Positions 1 through 9,945 are shown, counted from the stretch's first letter. The stretch is 64,000 nucleotides of DNA from Alphaproteobacteria bacterium (GCA_045631185.1 JAZQUH010000039.1:75740-139739); one strand, 5' to 3'. Notes: generated by a model not told the origin, from the sequence alone. A program made the numbers and translations.

Positions 1-2
1 TT

Positions 3-716
3 TTGGGCGGTACAGCCTTGGCTTTGATTATGTCCGGTTTGGCTTTGTGGAAAGTCAGTTCTGGTTGTGAAGAAAAATTCAAAAAATTCGTTGAGGCCAA
101 TCCGACAGTGATTATTGAATCTGTCAATAAACACTATGAACAAATGGAAAAAGAACGTGCAAAACCGACACCCAAAGTGGCTCCGGCTGAATTGGTGAAG
201 GAAATTGTTAATGATAAAACAAACTATTCTTTGGGTAACCCCAAGGGTAAATTTGTAATCATTGAATTCTTTGATTATCAATGTGGTTGGTGCAAAAAAA
301 CCAACGTTGAAATGACCAAGGCTGTTGCTTCTGCCGAAGGTAAAAATATCCGCTGGATTCCGATCGATACACCAATCTTTGGTGAAGCTTCCGAAACAAT
401 CGCTCGCTTTGTTTTGGCCGCCGGTAAACAAGGTAAATATGCCCAAATGCATGAAGCTGTCACAACAGCTCAAGGTAAATTGGATGAAGCTGCTTTGATT
501 GAATTGGGTAAAGGCTTGGGTTTGGATACCAAAAAGTTGAAAGCTGATGCCGATGGTAAAGCTATCCGTGAAAAATTGACAGCCAATAAAGAATACGCCA
601 AAAAATTGAACATCAATGGTGTTCCGATGTTGATCGTTGACGGTCAAATCAATCCTGGCGCTTTGTTGGGTGATAAATTGCAAGAAGCCGTGAAAGCTTC
701 TCAAGCCAAAAAATAA
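3..716 (+). CDS. DsbA/Com1-family periplasmic thiol:disulfide oxidoreductase (5' end cut by window edge)
   Basis: Open from window start; thioredoxin-fold CxxC site in FFDYQCGWCKK; hairpin terminator follows. Confidence 0.8.
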   Translation: MGGTALALIMSGLALWKVSSGCEEKFKKFVEANPTVIIESVNKHYEQMEKERAKPTPKVAPAELVKEIVNDKTNYSLGNPKGKFVIIEFFDYQCGWCKKTNVEMTKAVASAEGKNIRWIPIDTPIFGEASETIARFVLAAGKQGKYAQMHEAVTTAQGKLDEAALIELGKGLGLDTKKLKADADGKAIREKLTANKEYAKKLNINGVPMLIVDGQINPGALLGDKLQEAVKASQAKK

Positions 717-741
717 GAATTGAATAATTCTTAAATTTTCC

Positions 742-770
742 AGCCGATGTTTTTGACATCGGCTTTTTTC
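742..770 (+). terminator. Intrinsic terminator after dsbA-like gene
   Basis: AGCCGATGT / ACATCGGCT stem followed by TTTTTT; lies inside the 5' extension of ORF 747..1625, which supports the 807 start. Confidence 0.6.
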
Positions 771-806
771 TTGTTTTTTTTGAAAATCTGTGATAAAACT
801 AAAAAT

Positions 807-1625
807 ATGCAAAAATTGACACTCATTTTTGTTTTATTTCTTTTATGCGGATGTACCCAATTTGTGCGGGTGCGAAAGGGCGATACGCTATATTCCATTT
901 CCCGTGTCCATGAAGTGCCTGTCCGTGCTTTGATTCAGGAAAATAAAATTCCCGAACCCTATGTTATTAAAATCGGTCAGCGTTTAAAGATTCCGCAACA
1001 AAGAACTTATACGGTGCGAAAAGGCGACACCCTGTATTCCATTGCCCGCAAGTTTGATTTATCCGTCAATCAGGTGGCTCGCCAAAATAAAATTCAACCG
1101 CCATATACTTTAACGCCAGGGCAAAAATTGATTTTACAATCTTGGGATGATGCGGGGGAAATAGCAACGGCTGTAAATAAAAAAGGTTCAACCCAAAAGC
1201 CTGCGGTTAAATCTGGCAAAAAATCCGTAAAATTACCGGCTAATGCCAAAAATAAACGCTTTAATCAACCTGTTTCGGGAAAAGTCATTCAAAAATTCGG
1301 TATGACATCCAATGGCACATATAACGATGGTATCAACATTTCGGCCAAAGCCGGTACGCCTATTTTAGCGGCCGATAAAGGAACTGTGGCTTATGCGGGC
1401 AGTGATTTGAAAGGTTATGGTAATTTGGTTTTGGTGCGTCACGACGGTGGATGGTTCACGGCCTATGCCCATGCCGATAAAATCCATGTTAAAAAAGGCG
1501 ATATTGTTAAATTAAATCAAAAAATTGCCACTGTGGGTAAAACAGGTGGTGTGAAGCAACCTCAATTGCATTTTGAGGTGCGTTATAAATCCAAACCGGT
1601 TGACCCCAGTTTATATCTGCATTAA
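807..1625 (+). CDS. nlpD: NlpD-like lipoprotein: 2x LysM + M23 peptidase
   Basis: Lipobox LLCGC; LysM repeats (VRKGDTLYSIS.., VRKGDTLYSIA..); M23 motifs HDGGWFTAYAH and LHFEV. Confidence 0.85.
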   Translation: MQKLTLIFVLFLLCGCTQFVRVRKGDTLYSISRVHEVPVRALIQENKIPEPYVIKIGQRLKIPQQRTYTVRKGDTLYSIARKFDLSVNQVARQNKIQPPYTLTPGQKLILQSWDDAGEIATAVNKKGSTQKPAVKSGKKSVKLPANAKNKRFNQPVSGKVIQKFGMTSNGTYNDGINISAKAGTPILAADKGTVAYAGSDLKGYGNLVLVRHDGGWFTAYAHADKIHVKKGDIVKLNQKIATVGKTGGVKQPQLHFEVRYKSKPVDPSLYLH

Positions 1626-1686
1626 AAAAACTTGTATTTTTATTTAAGGTATGCTATACCCATATAAAAAGGGAAAGGGTTTTGAT

Positions 1687-3069
1687 ATGAAAAAAACAAT
1701 TTTATCTTTATTATGTGGTACGTTTTTGATTGCTCAATCGGCTCAGGCCGGTTTAAATGATGCTATTTTGGCTTATGATTATGGCCAATACGCATCGGCT
1801 TTATCTGAATTTACTTATCTATTGGATGAAGGTAATCCTGTTGCTGCTTACTATATGGGACGTATGTATCATTTGGGCCAAGGCGTTTCTAAAAATATGG
1901 TTACAGCGAAAAATTTGTATCAAAAAGCAGCTTCTGTTTCTTATTTCCCAGCAATGAATTATCTGGGGAAAATTTTGTTAGATGAAGGTAACTATGAATT
2001 GGCATTACCTTTGTTGCAACGTTCTGCATTAGCGGGTGAAAGTAGTTCAATTTATGAATTAGGTCAGTTTTATTCTGATGGTCGATTTATCGAAAAAAAT
2101 CCTGTTCAAGCTTTTAAATATTATAAAATAGCTTCATTTAATGGGGATATGAAAGCACAATATCAAATGGCAAAAATGTTTTTGGAGGGACGAGGAACTC
2201 CCCAAGACCATGCGAGTGCTTTGAAATGGTTAACTCGTTCAGCAGATCAGGGATATTTGTTGGCACAGATGGATTTAGCGGAATTATATCTAAATAATCG
2301 ACAATTGAGAAATATTCCCAGGGCTTACTCTTGGTATAGTATTATTGCAGCTTATAATTCAGATGAAATTGGTCAAAAGGCTGCAGAAAAGAGAGATGTG
2401 TTAGTAAAAGATAAGGCTTTAAAGAAAAATTTAAGTAAAATCCAAAAAGGAATAGTTAATTGGAAGCCGATTAAACAACAAGAGAGCGTGCCATTGGAAG
2501 AAAAGAATGAAGTAGAATCATTGATAATTGATGGATTTAATGATCCAGCTACTTTACAAGAAATAATATTTAATGAAGGCTTTTTGCCTCGTTCTCCAGA
2601 ATCTTTTGGAATAACCTTTAAAATGATTGATAATGTTATCGCCAATCAAAATGCCCAAGATTTAGTTGAACAAATTGAAAAATCTCAACAGTCGGGTCAG
2701 ATAGGGGCTTATGGTTATTTAGGGGATTTGTTTAAAACACGCTTAAATAATATGACAGAGGCTTTTTTATGGTATAAAAAAGGGGCAGAAGCTGGAGATA
2801 TTTATGCTCAATATCAGCTTGCACGAATGTTTTGTGAGGGGCGAGGTATCAGTCAGCCTGATGCAGCCAGTTGTTATGCCTGGTTAGAAATTGTTGCCTC
2901 TCAGAAAGATCCTGTTTATAATGCCTTGGCTCAAAAAGGTTTATCTATGGTTAATGTTCAGGCTACATCCGATGAGATAAAACGCGGGCAAGAATTAATT
3001 TCGGAATTAGAGAAAAAATTACCCGAAAAGATAGATAAATCAAAAGAAGATTCATTTAGTTTATTTTGA
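1687..3069 (+). CDS. Secreted Sel1-repeat (SLR/TPR-like) protein
   Basis: Signal peptide from MKKTILSLL; repeated Sel1 units (AAYYMGRMYHLGQGVSKN, AQYQMAKMFLEGRGTPQD, AQYQLARMFCEGRGISQPD). Confidence 0.8.
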   Translation: MKKTILSLLCGTFLIAQSAQAGLNDAILAYDYGQYASALSEFTYLLDEGNPVAAYYMGRMYHLGQGVSKNMVTAKNLYQKAASVSYFPAMNYLGKILLDEGNYELALPLLQRSALAGESSSIYELGQFYSDGRFIEKNPVQAFKYYKIASFNGDMKAQYQMAKMFLEGRGTPQDHASALKWLTRSADQGYLLAQMDLAELYLNNRQLRNIPRAYSWYSIIAAYNSDEIGQKAAEKRDVLVKDKALKKNLSKIQKGIVNWKPIKQQESVPLEEKNEVESLIIDGFNDPATLQEIIFNEGFLPRSPESFGITFKMIDNVIANQNAQDLVEQIEKSQQSGQIGAYGYLGDLFKTRLNNMTEAFLWYKKGAEAGDIYAQYQLARMFCEGRGISQPDAASCYAWLEIVASQKDPVYNALAQKGLSMVNVQATSDEIKRGQELISELEKKLPEKIDKSKEDSFSLF

Positions 3070-4749
3070 TATTTGTTTTATCTTCGCTTGGATTTGTTCT
3101 TTTGTTACTGTATCTAGATTTTCTTTTAAATCCAAAGCTTTTTTGTATTGAAAAAATGCTTCACGGGTACGCCCATTTGCTTGATAAATATCGCCCAAAT
3201 GCATGTTGATTAAAGCATTTTGAGGCATTAAATCCACTGCTTTTTCGGCCAAAGGTAAAGCTATGGTTGGTTGATTCTTTTTATAATAAGCAAAGGCCAT
3301 ACTGTCCAAAATATAAGTATCCTGTGGATTTTTTAAATAGGCTGATTCAATCAATTTAAAACCTTCGTCAATTTTGCCAATTTGTAAATAATGATAGCCG
3401 ATATTGTTTTGTAACATAGGATCATCCGGATTTAAAATTTTTGCCCGTTCCAAATCATCTAACATTAAATCTGTTCGATTGTTTTGTTGGTGTAAGCCAG
3501 CTCGTGCAATATAGGCTTCAATCAAAGGTTTGTTTTGTGGATTTTGTTCCAATAAAGGAATTAAACGATTATAAATATTCAATGCTTTTTGATATTGTTG
3601 AGTTGCGGTGTAATTTTCCCCCATCAAAGTCAAAAGAGGAATATAGTCAGTATTTGCTTTTTCTAACTGTTCCATTATCTTTTCCGCTTCGTTTAATTGA
3701 TTGTTTAATAATAAATTCGAAGCTTCTTTGAATAACAATGTGGCGGATTTATTGGGTATTTTCTTGTAATATTCTAAAGCTATATGCGGAAAATCAAAGC
3801 TTTGATTTAATTCAGCCCCCCATACCAAGGCGACCTGTTTATTTGGGTGTAATAACAGAGCAATAGAATTTAAAAAGATGGCTTCTTCTTTTGAAAATAA
3901 ACCGCTTGTTCCTTCGCTGGATAAATAATAAAACATCTCAGCTAAGGCGTTTTGTGCGGTTAAATCTGTTTGTCCGAATGATTGGATAATATCGGCGGTT
4001 GCGGGATACAATTTTTCCATTTTTTGAAATTGTTCATACAATTTGCTTTGTTTCCAATCACCTTGTGTTTGGGCATATTTTTTCAATAACGGGAAAAAGC
4101 CTAAAGCGGGCAGTTTTTTGTTTTGGATTTTTTCAAAACCTTTTGCTTTTAATTCATTATCATTGAAAAATTCACCCAATAAAAATTCCTGATATCCCAC
4201 TAAGTATGTTTGTTTTTTTATTTGTTTTAAATGTTTTAGGGCTGTTTTTTTATCGTTATTTTTTGCGGCCATCCAACTGTAAAATAACGGTAAAATAATG
4301 TCATCTTGTTTTTGGTGTTTTTTTTGTTTTAAAAAGTTTTCAAAATCATCACTATTTTGACGGAATAAATGGGCGGCTTTTAAATAATCGCTGAATAAAG
4401 TTTGGCGAAATTCATCGGGCATTTCATCCAAATAATCCAAAGTAATTTGAGGGGTGCCGTTAAATTGTGCATAGACATAAAAATCTTTTAATAATCCCGT
4501 GTGATTGGGGTCTTTTTTTAAAACTTTGTTATAGGCTTTTAAAAGTTTCGGAATGTTTTTTTCTTTTTGGGCAACGGTTGAAGCCAAATAAGCATCCATG
4601 GCGATTTTTTCGGGTAATTTTCGATTTGTTTTCCAAATATAGGAATAATCGGTTTCTGCTTCTTGTATTTGATGATAATTTTGATATACAATGACAGCTG
4701 TTCCTGTCAATAGGGCGGTTATAAAGCTGATAAAAAAGACCTTTTTCAT
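3061..4749 (-). CDS. Membrane-anchored TPR-repeat protein
   Basis: N-terminal hydrophobic anchor; TPR-like helical repeats in C-terminal third; ATG with upstream AAGGAAAG; 3' end overlaps Sel1 gene by 9 nt. Confidence 0.65.
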   Translation of the reverse strand: MKKVFFISFITALLTGTAVIVYQNYHQIQEAETDYSYIWKTNRKLPEKIAMDAYLASTVAQKEKNIPKLLKAYNKVLKKDPNHTGLLKDFYVYAQFNGTPQITLDYLDEMPDEFRQTLFSDYLKAAHLFRQNSDDFENFLKQKKHQKQDDIILPLFYSWMAAKNNDKKTALKHLKQIKKQTYLVGYQEFLLGEFFNDNELKAKGFEKIQNKKLPALGFFPLLKKYAQTQGDWKQSKLYEQFQKMEKLYPATADIIQSFGQTDLTAQNALAEMFYYLSSEGTSGLFSKEEAIFLNSIALLLHPNKQVALVWGAELNQSFDFPHIALEYYKKIPNKSATLLFKEASNLLLNNQLNEAEKIMEQLEKANTDYIPLLTLMGENYTATQQYQKALNIYNRLIPLLEQNPQNKPLIEAYIARAGLHQQNNRTDLMLDDLERAKILNPDDPMLQNNIGYHYLQIGKIDEGFKLIESAYLKNPQDTYILDSMAFAYYKKNQPTIALPLAEKAVDLMPQNALINMHLGDIYQANGRTREAFFQYKKALDLKENLDTVTKEQIQAKIKQISK

Positions 4750-4810
4750 AAAACACTTTCCTTTTTTCTTAAAATATGCTACAAATATTTAAAACAAAGA
4801 GCAAGCAAAA

Positions 4811-5458
4811 ATGACACCGTTTCAAAAATTATTTTGGTTATTTCAAATGGGAATTTCCACTTTCAGTGATGAAAAGCCTCAAAACTATTTAAAAAAAACA
4901 GCTACAAAATCTTTGGGGACATTGGCTGACTTGGATGCTTTGTTGCTAAATGAAAAAAACACACTGTCCAAAACAGCAATGCATACTTTGTGTGGAACAG
5001 GTGTGACAAAGGCTCGTATCATGTGTGTGTTAGAATCTCCATCGGCCACCGAAGATAGAACGGGAATTTATTTGTCGGGGGAAGAAGGTGAGCTGACCCA
5101 AAAGATTTTATCGTCCATAGGCTTGGATTTGCAAAAAAACACTTATTTGACTTATTTAAGTCCGTGGCGTCCGCCGGGGAATCGTTTGCTGACGGCAACA
5201 GAAATTGATTTGTGCCAAAAATATCTGGATAAGCGGATTCAGATTTTACAACCAGATTTCATATTGATTTTGGGTGTTCCTGTGATAAGGGCTTTGCTGA
5301 ACGGACACACATTATCCCAAGTGCGTCAGGGGCATGAAAAATATATGCAAATTCCTACATTTGGAACTTTTGCACCGGCGTGGTTGATGAAAAATCCGAC
5401 CTATCGCCGTCAGGTGTGGGAGGATTTGAAAAAGTTTAAGACTATGATTTCTGGATAG
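4811..5458 (+). CDS. Uracil-DNA glycosylase superfamily (family 4-like) protein with diverged catalytic motifs
   Basis: UDG-like core ...VLESPSATEDRTGIYLSGEEGELTQKIL... and ...FGTFAPAWLMKNP... aligned from memory to GEAPG..ED / HPA.LLR. Confidence 0.5.
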   Translation: MTPFQKLFWLFQMGISTFSDEKPQNYLKKTATKSLGTLADLDALLLNEKNTLSKTAMHTLCGTGVTKARIMCVLESPSATEDRTGIYLSGEEGELTQKILSSIGLDLQKNTYLTYLSPWRPPGNRLLTATEIDLCQKYLDKRIQILQPDFILILGVPVIRALLNGHTLSQVRQGHEKYMQIPTFGTFAPAWLMKNPTYRRQVWEDLKKFKTMISG

Positions 5459-5472
5459 TTTGTCTTTTTTTC

Positions 5473-5501
5473 TTGACTTTTTGATATAAATGATTTAAAA
5501 T
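5473..5501 (+). promoter_or_regulatory. Sigma70-type promoter of rpmG
   Basis: TTGACT - 17 nt - TAAAAT. Confidence 0.55.
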
Positions 5502-5533
5502 GAAACACATCTTTATTATGAAAGGCAAAAACA

Positions 5534-5695
5534 ATGGCAAAAAAAATCGCAATCAAAATTAAATTAGAAGGTCCTGAAGGATATTTTTATACCGCTAAAA
5601 AAAATCCGCGGACACATACCGAAAAAATCAAACGTCGTAAATACAATCCGAAAACACGGAAACACGAAGAGTTTGTTGAAAAGAAGATTAAATAA
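5534..5695 (+). CDS. rpmG: 50S ribosomal protein L33
   Basis: Hand translation MAKKIAIKIKLEGPEGYFYTAKKNPRTHTEKIKRRKYNPKTRKHEEFVEKKIK (53 aa, below ORF-track cutoff); classic L33 pattern; own promoter and terminator. Confidence 0.9.
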   Translation: MAKKIAIKIKLEGPEGYFYTAKKNPRTHTEKIKRRKYNPKTRKHEEFVEKKIK

Positions 5696-5703
5696 AACCC
5701 AAG

Positions 5704-5728
5704 CCCCTCTGCTTACGAGGGGTTTTTC
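5704..5728 (+). terminator. Intrinsic terminator after rpmG
   Basis: CCCCTC-loop-GAGGGG then TTTTTC. Confidence 0.75.
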
Positions 5729-5742
5729 TTTTATATTTTTTC

Positions 5743-5771
5743 TTGACATTTTTTATCCCCCTATTTAAACT
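5743..5771 (+). promoter_or_regulatory. Promoter of Cys-rich paralog 1
   Basis: TTGACA - 17 nt - TAAACT; GGGGG RBS before ATG 5799. Confidence 0.55.
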
Positions 5772-5798
5772 GGGGATAAATATTTATTTGGGGGTAAA

Positions 5799-6782
5799 AT
5801 GAAACACTTATCATTATTGGCAACATTGATGTTGTCATCATCCATGGTTTATGCGGGATGGATAACCAAAGGTACAGATTATAAAGGTGATTGTTTGGAA
5901 ATGATGTGCGATTGTGTGGAAGACAGTGAAACAAGAGATGGATATTGTTGTCCGAACGGTACTACCTTTACAAATACAGGAAATTCACATCCTATTTATA
6001 CACCTTGCAAATGTCCTGAAAATTTGTCATGGGATAGTACTTTATCCCAATGTGTGGAGTGTTTGACAGATACGAATTGTGATGAAGGTGTTTCTTGTAA
6101 TATTTTAACAAAGGTATGTTGTCCGGCCGAAACACCTAAATGGGATAGCGTTCAACAAAAATGTGTGGAATGTTTGACGGATTATCAAAAAGGTGAAGGT
6201 GCTTGTCCAACTAAACAAAAACCATTATGTATAAATAACACCTGTCAGGCGTGCCCATCGGATAAAATTTATTGGCATCCGGATAAGAAAATATGTGCTT
6301 CCTGTTTGGCAAATTATGGAATTAAAACAGAAGGTGCATGCCCCAATAAAGATAAACCCTTGTGTGATTCTAATTTTGTCTGTCAACCTTGTCCAAGTAA
6401 TAAACCTTATTTTTACAATGGACAATGTTATGATTGTAAAAGCTTGCCGACAAATCAATTAAAGGTAACGCCAACCAATATTGTGGGGGCTGCAGCCTGG
6501 GGTACTTATACTGTTTTGGATTGGACAACATTTCCAGTGGATGCCACATTGAAAATCAGTTCAAAATGTATTGATGATTATTTGATGTTGTATTTAAACA
6601 ACGATGAACGCAATGCTAAAAAAATATGGTATGCATATAACGTATATTGTTCCAATGTAACACCAAGGCAGGACAGCTATAAAATTCCTGCCAATACGCC
6701 ATTTAAATTAAAAGCACATGATGCAGGTGTCGGTAACGTTGATTGGATTGGAACAATGACTATAGAACCTATTTGCGATTAG
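5799..6782 (+). CDS. Secreted cysteine-rich repeat protein, paralog 1 (CxxC/furin-EGF-like modules + beta-rich C-terminal domain)
   Basis: Sec signal MKHLSLLATLMLSSSMVYA; N-box CLEMMCDCVED..GYCC; repeated WDS..CVECLTD and EGACP.K.KPLC modules; family shared with 22177, 27380, 32608. Confidence 0.75.
   Translation: MKHLSLLATLMLSSSMVYAGWITKGTDYKGDCLEMMCDCVEDSETRDGYCCPNGTTFTNTGNSHPIYTPCKCPENLSWDSTLSQCVECLTDTNCDEGVSCNILTKVCCPAETPKWDSVQQKCVECLTDYQKGEGACPTKQKPLCINNTCQACPSDKIYWHPDKKICASCLANYGIKTEGACPNKDKPLCDSNFVCQPCPSNKPYFYNGQCYDCKSLPTNQLKVTPTNIVGAAAWGTYTVLDWTTFPVDATLKISSKCIDDYLMLYLNNDERNAKKIWYAYNVYCSNVTPRQDSYKIPANTPFKLKAHDAGVGNVDWIGTMTIEPICD
6183..6446 (+). repeat. In-frame tandem duplication, 2 x 132 nt (44 aa) Cys-rich module inside paralog 1
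   Basis: YQKGEGACPTKQKPLCINNTCQACPSDKIYWHPDKKICASCLAN vs YGIKTEGACPNKDKPLCDSNFVCQPCPSNKPYFYNGQCYDCKSL. Confidence 0.7.
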
Positions 6783-6801
6783 ATTTATCTTAAAAAAAAT
6801 A

Positions 6802-6827
6802 CCCCCGAAAAACGGGGGATTTTTTTA
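6802..6827. terminator. Bidirectional intrinsic terminator (paralog 1 / RND pump gene)
   Basis: CCCCCG-AAAAA-CGGGGG flanked by A-run and T-run, between convergent genes. Confidence 0.8.
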
Positions 6828-6843
6828 TTGATAATTCAATCTG

Positions 6844-9800
6844 TTATTTTCGTTTATAAATTTTATCCACAACGGTTTGGATAAAGATATAAAACAACGG
6901 AATAAAGACCAATCCGATAATGGTCCCGATGGTCATACCGTAAAACACCGGTGTCCCCAACGAACGGCGTGAACCGCTGGCGGCACCTGTGGCCCAAATC
7001 ATGGGTAAAACACCCAAAATAAAGGTAAAGGCTGTCATTAAAACCGCACGGAAACGTTGGACCAATCCTTGAACGCCCGATTCAACAACATCTGTTCCTT
7101 TTGAATGTTCATCTCTGGCAAATTCCACAATCAAGATGGCGTTCTTACTGGCCAAACCAATCAAGAGAACCAATCCCAATTGGGCATAGATAGACATGGA
7201 AAGCCCTGTAATCCACAATCCCAATAATCCGCCCGAAACAGCAAAGATAACGCTCATCAACACGGGCATTGGTACAGACCAACTTTCATATTGCGCCACC
7301 AAGAATAAATAGGCAAATAAAATGGCCAACATCACCAATAATCCGACTTGTCCTTCATTTTGTTTTTCCTGATAGCTCATACCCGACCATTCAAAAGAAT
7401 AATCATTTGGTAAAACTTTATGGGCCAATTCTTCCAAACGATCCATGGCAGCACCCGAACTGACAGCATTTGATTGCATAATTGTCAAACCGGCGGCCGG
7501 ATATTGGTTATAACGGGTAATTTGACGCGGTGATAAAATTTGGCGTACATTGACCAAAGTTTTTAACGGCACCATTTTACCGGTAGCACTGGGCACATAC
7601 AACTTGTCCAAACTTTTTAAGTTTCGGCGATATTTCCAATCTGATTGTACAATCACTTTATTGACCTGAGTCCCAAAGTTCACATCATTGACATAACCCG
7701 ACCCTAAATAACTTTCCAAAGCACCAAAGATATTAGCCATTGGAACGTTCATGCTTTCGGCCTTAACCCGATCAATTTCCAAAAACAGATTGGGGGTTTT
7801 GGATGTAAAGCTGGAATAACCATACATAAAGTGTGGATCCGTTTGAATGATATCCAAAATGGCATTGGCATTATTTTCCAACTTGATGTAATCCAAATCA
7901 TTCATGGATTGCACTTTAAAATCCAAGCCACCGGCCAAGCCCAAACCGGGGATGGCGGGTAATTCAAACAATTGGAATTCGGCTTCGGGGATTTGGGCAA
8001 ATTTTTGTTGTAAAGATGCCAAAATGGCGGATGAATGTAATTTTTTATCCGTTCGTTTATCCCAATGGTTTAAGCCAATAAAGCTCATAGCCACGTTTTC
8101 ACCTTGACCGGAGGTCATTGAAAAACCTTCAATCAAGACAAAGTTTTTGACACCAGGTTCATTTTTTAAAATCGGCATCAACTTTTTGGCAACTTCATTG
8201 GTTCTGCCCATGCTGGCACCTTCGGGTAAATTGATATTTAACAATATCACACCTTGGTCTTCGTTGGGCAAAAAGGACGTGGTCATATTTTTGAACATGA
8301 TGACGGAAATGGCGCTAAATACCACAAAGACTAATCCGATTAAAACAATCTTGCGTCCCAAAGCCAATACCATTCCTTTTGTGGCATTGGTGCTTTTTTC
8401 CAGGGCCCTATTGAACCAACCAAACGGACCGCGCTCGAACAATTGGCTGGGTTTAAAAAAGTGTGAGCAAATGGCCGGTGCCAATGTTAAAGCGCACAAA
8501 GTGGAAAAACACACAGCAGCACAAATAGTGACAGAAAACTGTTGGTAAATTTTACCGGTAATACCACCCAAAAAGGCAATTGGCACAAAGATGGCCAACA
8601 ACACCAAAGTGGTTGCGACCAAAGCACCCGAAATTTCCTGCATGGTTTGTTTGGATGCATCCATTGCGTTCATTTTTTCTGTGTTCATTAAATAAGATAC
8701 ACGCTCTGTCACACAAATGGCATCATCCACCACCACACCGATGGCCAACAATAACCCGAACAAAGTGAACATATTGACCGAATATCCCAAAATCCCCATG
8801 ACCATGAATGTGGCCATTAATGAAACGGGAATTGTAATGGTTGGCACCAAGGTGGAACGCCAATCTTGTAAAAATAAATACACCACCAACACAACCAATA
8901 CGAATGTTAAAATCAAAGACCATACCACTTCATTGACTGAAGCATTGATGTAATCGGTTGAATCCATATTGATATTATATTCCAAGCCGGCAGGAAAGAA
9001 TTTTGACAAACGTTCTAATTCATTTCTGACACGTTCCATTGTTCCCAAAGCATTCGCCCCGGATGACAGGTTTATCATCATCACGACCGCTGGTTTTTGG
9101 TTGTAATATGCTTCATGGGCATAACTTTCCGAACCGATTTCCACACGCGCCACATCCTTTAAGCGCAACAATCCGCCTTCTTCATTGGTACGAATGATAA
9201 TGTTTTCAAATTCTTCGGTCGAAGATAAGCGTCCTGTGGTTTGCAGGTTATAGACCAATCCTTCTGAATCATCATTGGGACGGGCACCCAATTTACCCAA
9301 AGAAGGTTGATAGTTTTGGCTTTGAATGGCTGATTTTATTTTGGCAATCGGCAAGTTTAATGAGGCCATTTTATCGGCATCCAACCAAATACGCATACTT
9401 TTTTTGGTGCCGTAAACGTTCACTTCACCTGTGCCATCCAATTTGGACAAAGGTTTAACCACACTATTTTGCAAATAGTCGTTCATATCGCTGGTGGACA
9501 TGGATGAATCGGGCGAATAAAAGCTGATAAAGGCCAACATATTGCTGGATGCTTTCATTACCTGAATACCATAACGTTGCACTTCGGCCGGCAATAAGCT
9601 CATTACCTGTTGAATACGGTTTTGCACTTTAACGGTTGCCATATCCGGATCAGTATCCGGTTTAAAGGTAACGGTCAACATATAACCGCCATCCGTACTG
9701 TTGGATGACATATAAATCATATCGTCCACACCGTTAATGCCGTCTTCCAAAGGAATACCGACAGTCTTGGCAATAGTATCGGCACTGGCGCCGGGATAAC

Positions 9801-9945
9801 TGGCCCGAATACGCACTTCCGGTGGCGTGACGTTCGGATACATATCAACGGGTAAGTTAAACAAACAAATAGCGCCGGCCAACGATAAGATAATCGCTAA
9901 GACGGCAGCAAAACGGGGGCGTTTAATAAAAAATAAAGAAAACAT
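6844..9945 (-). CDS. RND (HAE1, AcrB/AcrD/AcrF-type) efflux transporter
   Basis: 1033 aa, 12-TM/two large loop layout, N-terminus MFSLFFIKRPRFAAVLAIILSLAG typical of AcrB family. Confidence 0.9.
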   Translation of the reverse strand: MFSLFFIKRPRFAAVLAIILSLAGAICLFNLPVDMYPNVTPPEVRIRASYPGASADTIAKTVGIPLEDGINGVDDMIYMSSNSTDGGYMLTVTFKPDTDPDMATVKVQNRIQQVMSLLPAEVQRYGIQVMKASSNMLAFISFYSPDSSMSTSDMNDYLQNSVVKPLSKLDGTGEVNVYGTKKSMRIWLDADKMASLNLPIAKIKSAIQSQNYQPSLGKLGARPNDDSEGLVYNLQTTGRLSSTEEFENIIIRTNEEGGLLRLKDVARVEIGSESYAHEAYYNQKPAVVMMINLSSGANALGTMERVRNELERLSKFFPAGLEYNINMDSTDYINASVNEVVWSLILTFVLVVLVVYLFLQDWRSTLVPTITIPVSLMATFMVMGILGYSVNMFTLFGLLLAIGVVVDDAICVTERVSYLMNTEKMNAMDASKQTMQEISGALVATTLVLLAIFVPIAFLGGITGKIYQQFSVTICAAVCFSTLCALTLAPAICSHFFKPSQLFERGPFGWFNRALEKSTNATKGMVLALGRKIVLIGLVFVVFSAISVIMFKNMTTSFLPNEDQGVILLNINLPEGASMGRTNEVAKKLMPILKNEPGVKNFVLIEGFSMTSGQGENVAMSFIGLNHWDKRTDKKLHSSAILASLQQKFAQIPEAEFQLFELPAIPGLGLAGGLDFKVQSMNDLDYIKLENNANAILDIIQTDPHFMYGYSSFTSKTPNLFLEIDRVKAESMNVPMANIFGALESYLGSGYVNDVNFGTQVNKVIVQSDWKYRRNLKSLDKLYVPSATGKMVPLKTLVNVRQILSPRQITRYNQYPAAGLTIMQSNAVSSGAAMDRLEELAHKVLPNDYSFEWSGMSYQEKQNEGQVGLLVMLAILFAYLFLVAQYESWSVPMPVLMSVIFAVSGGLLGLWITGLSMSIYAQLGLVLLIGLASKNAILIVEFARDEHSKGTDVVESGVQGLVQRFRAVLMTAFTFILGVLPMIWATGAASGSRRSLGTPVFYGMTIGTIIGLVFIPLFYIFIQTVVDKIYKRK

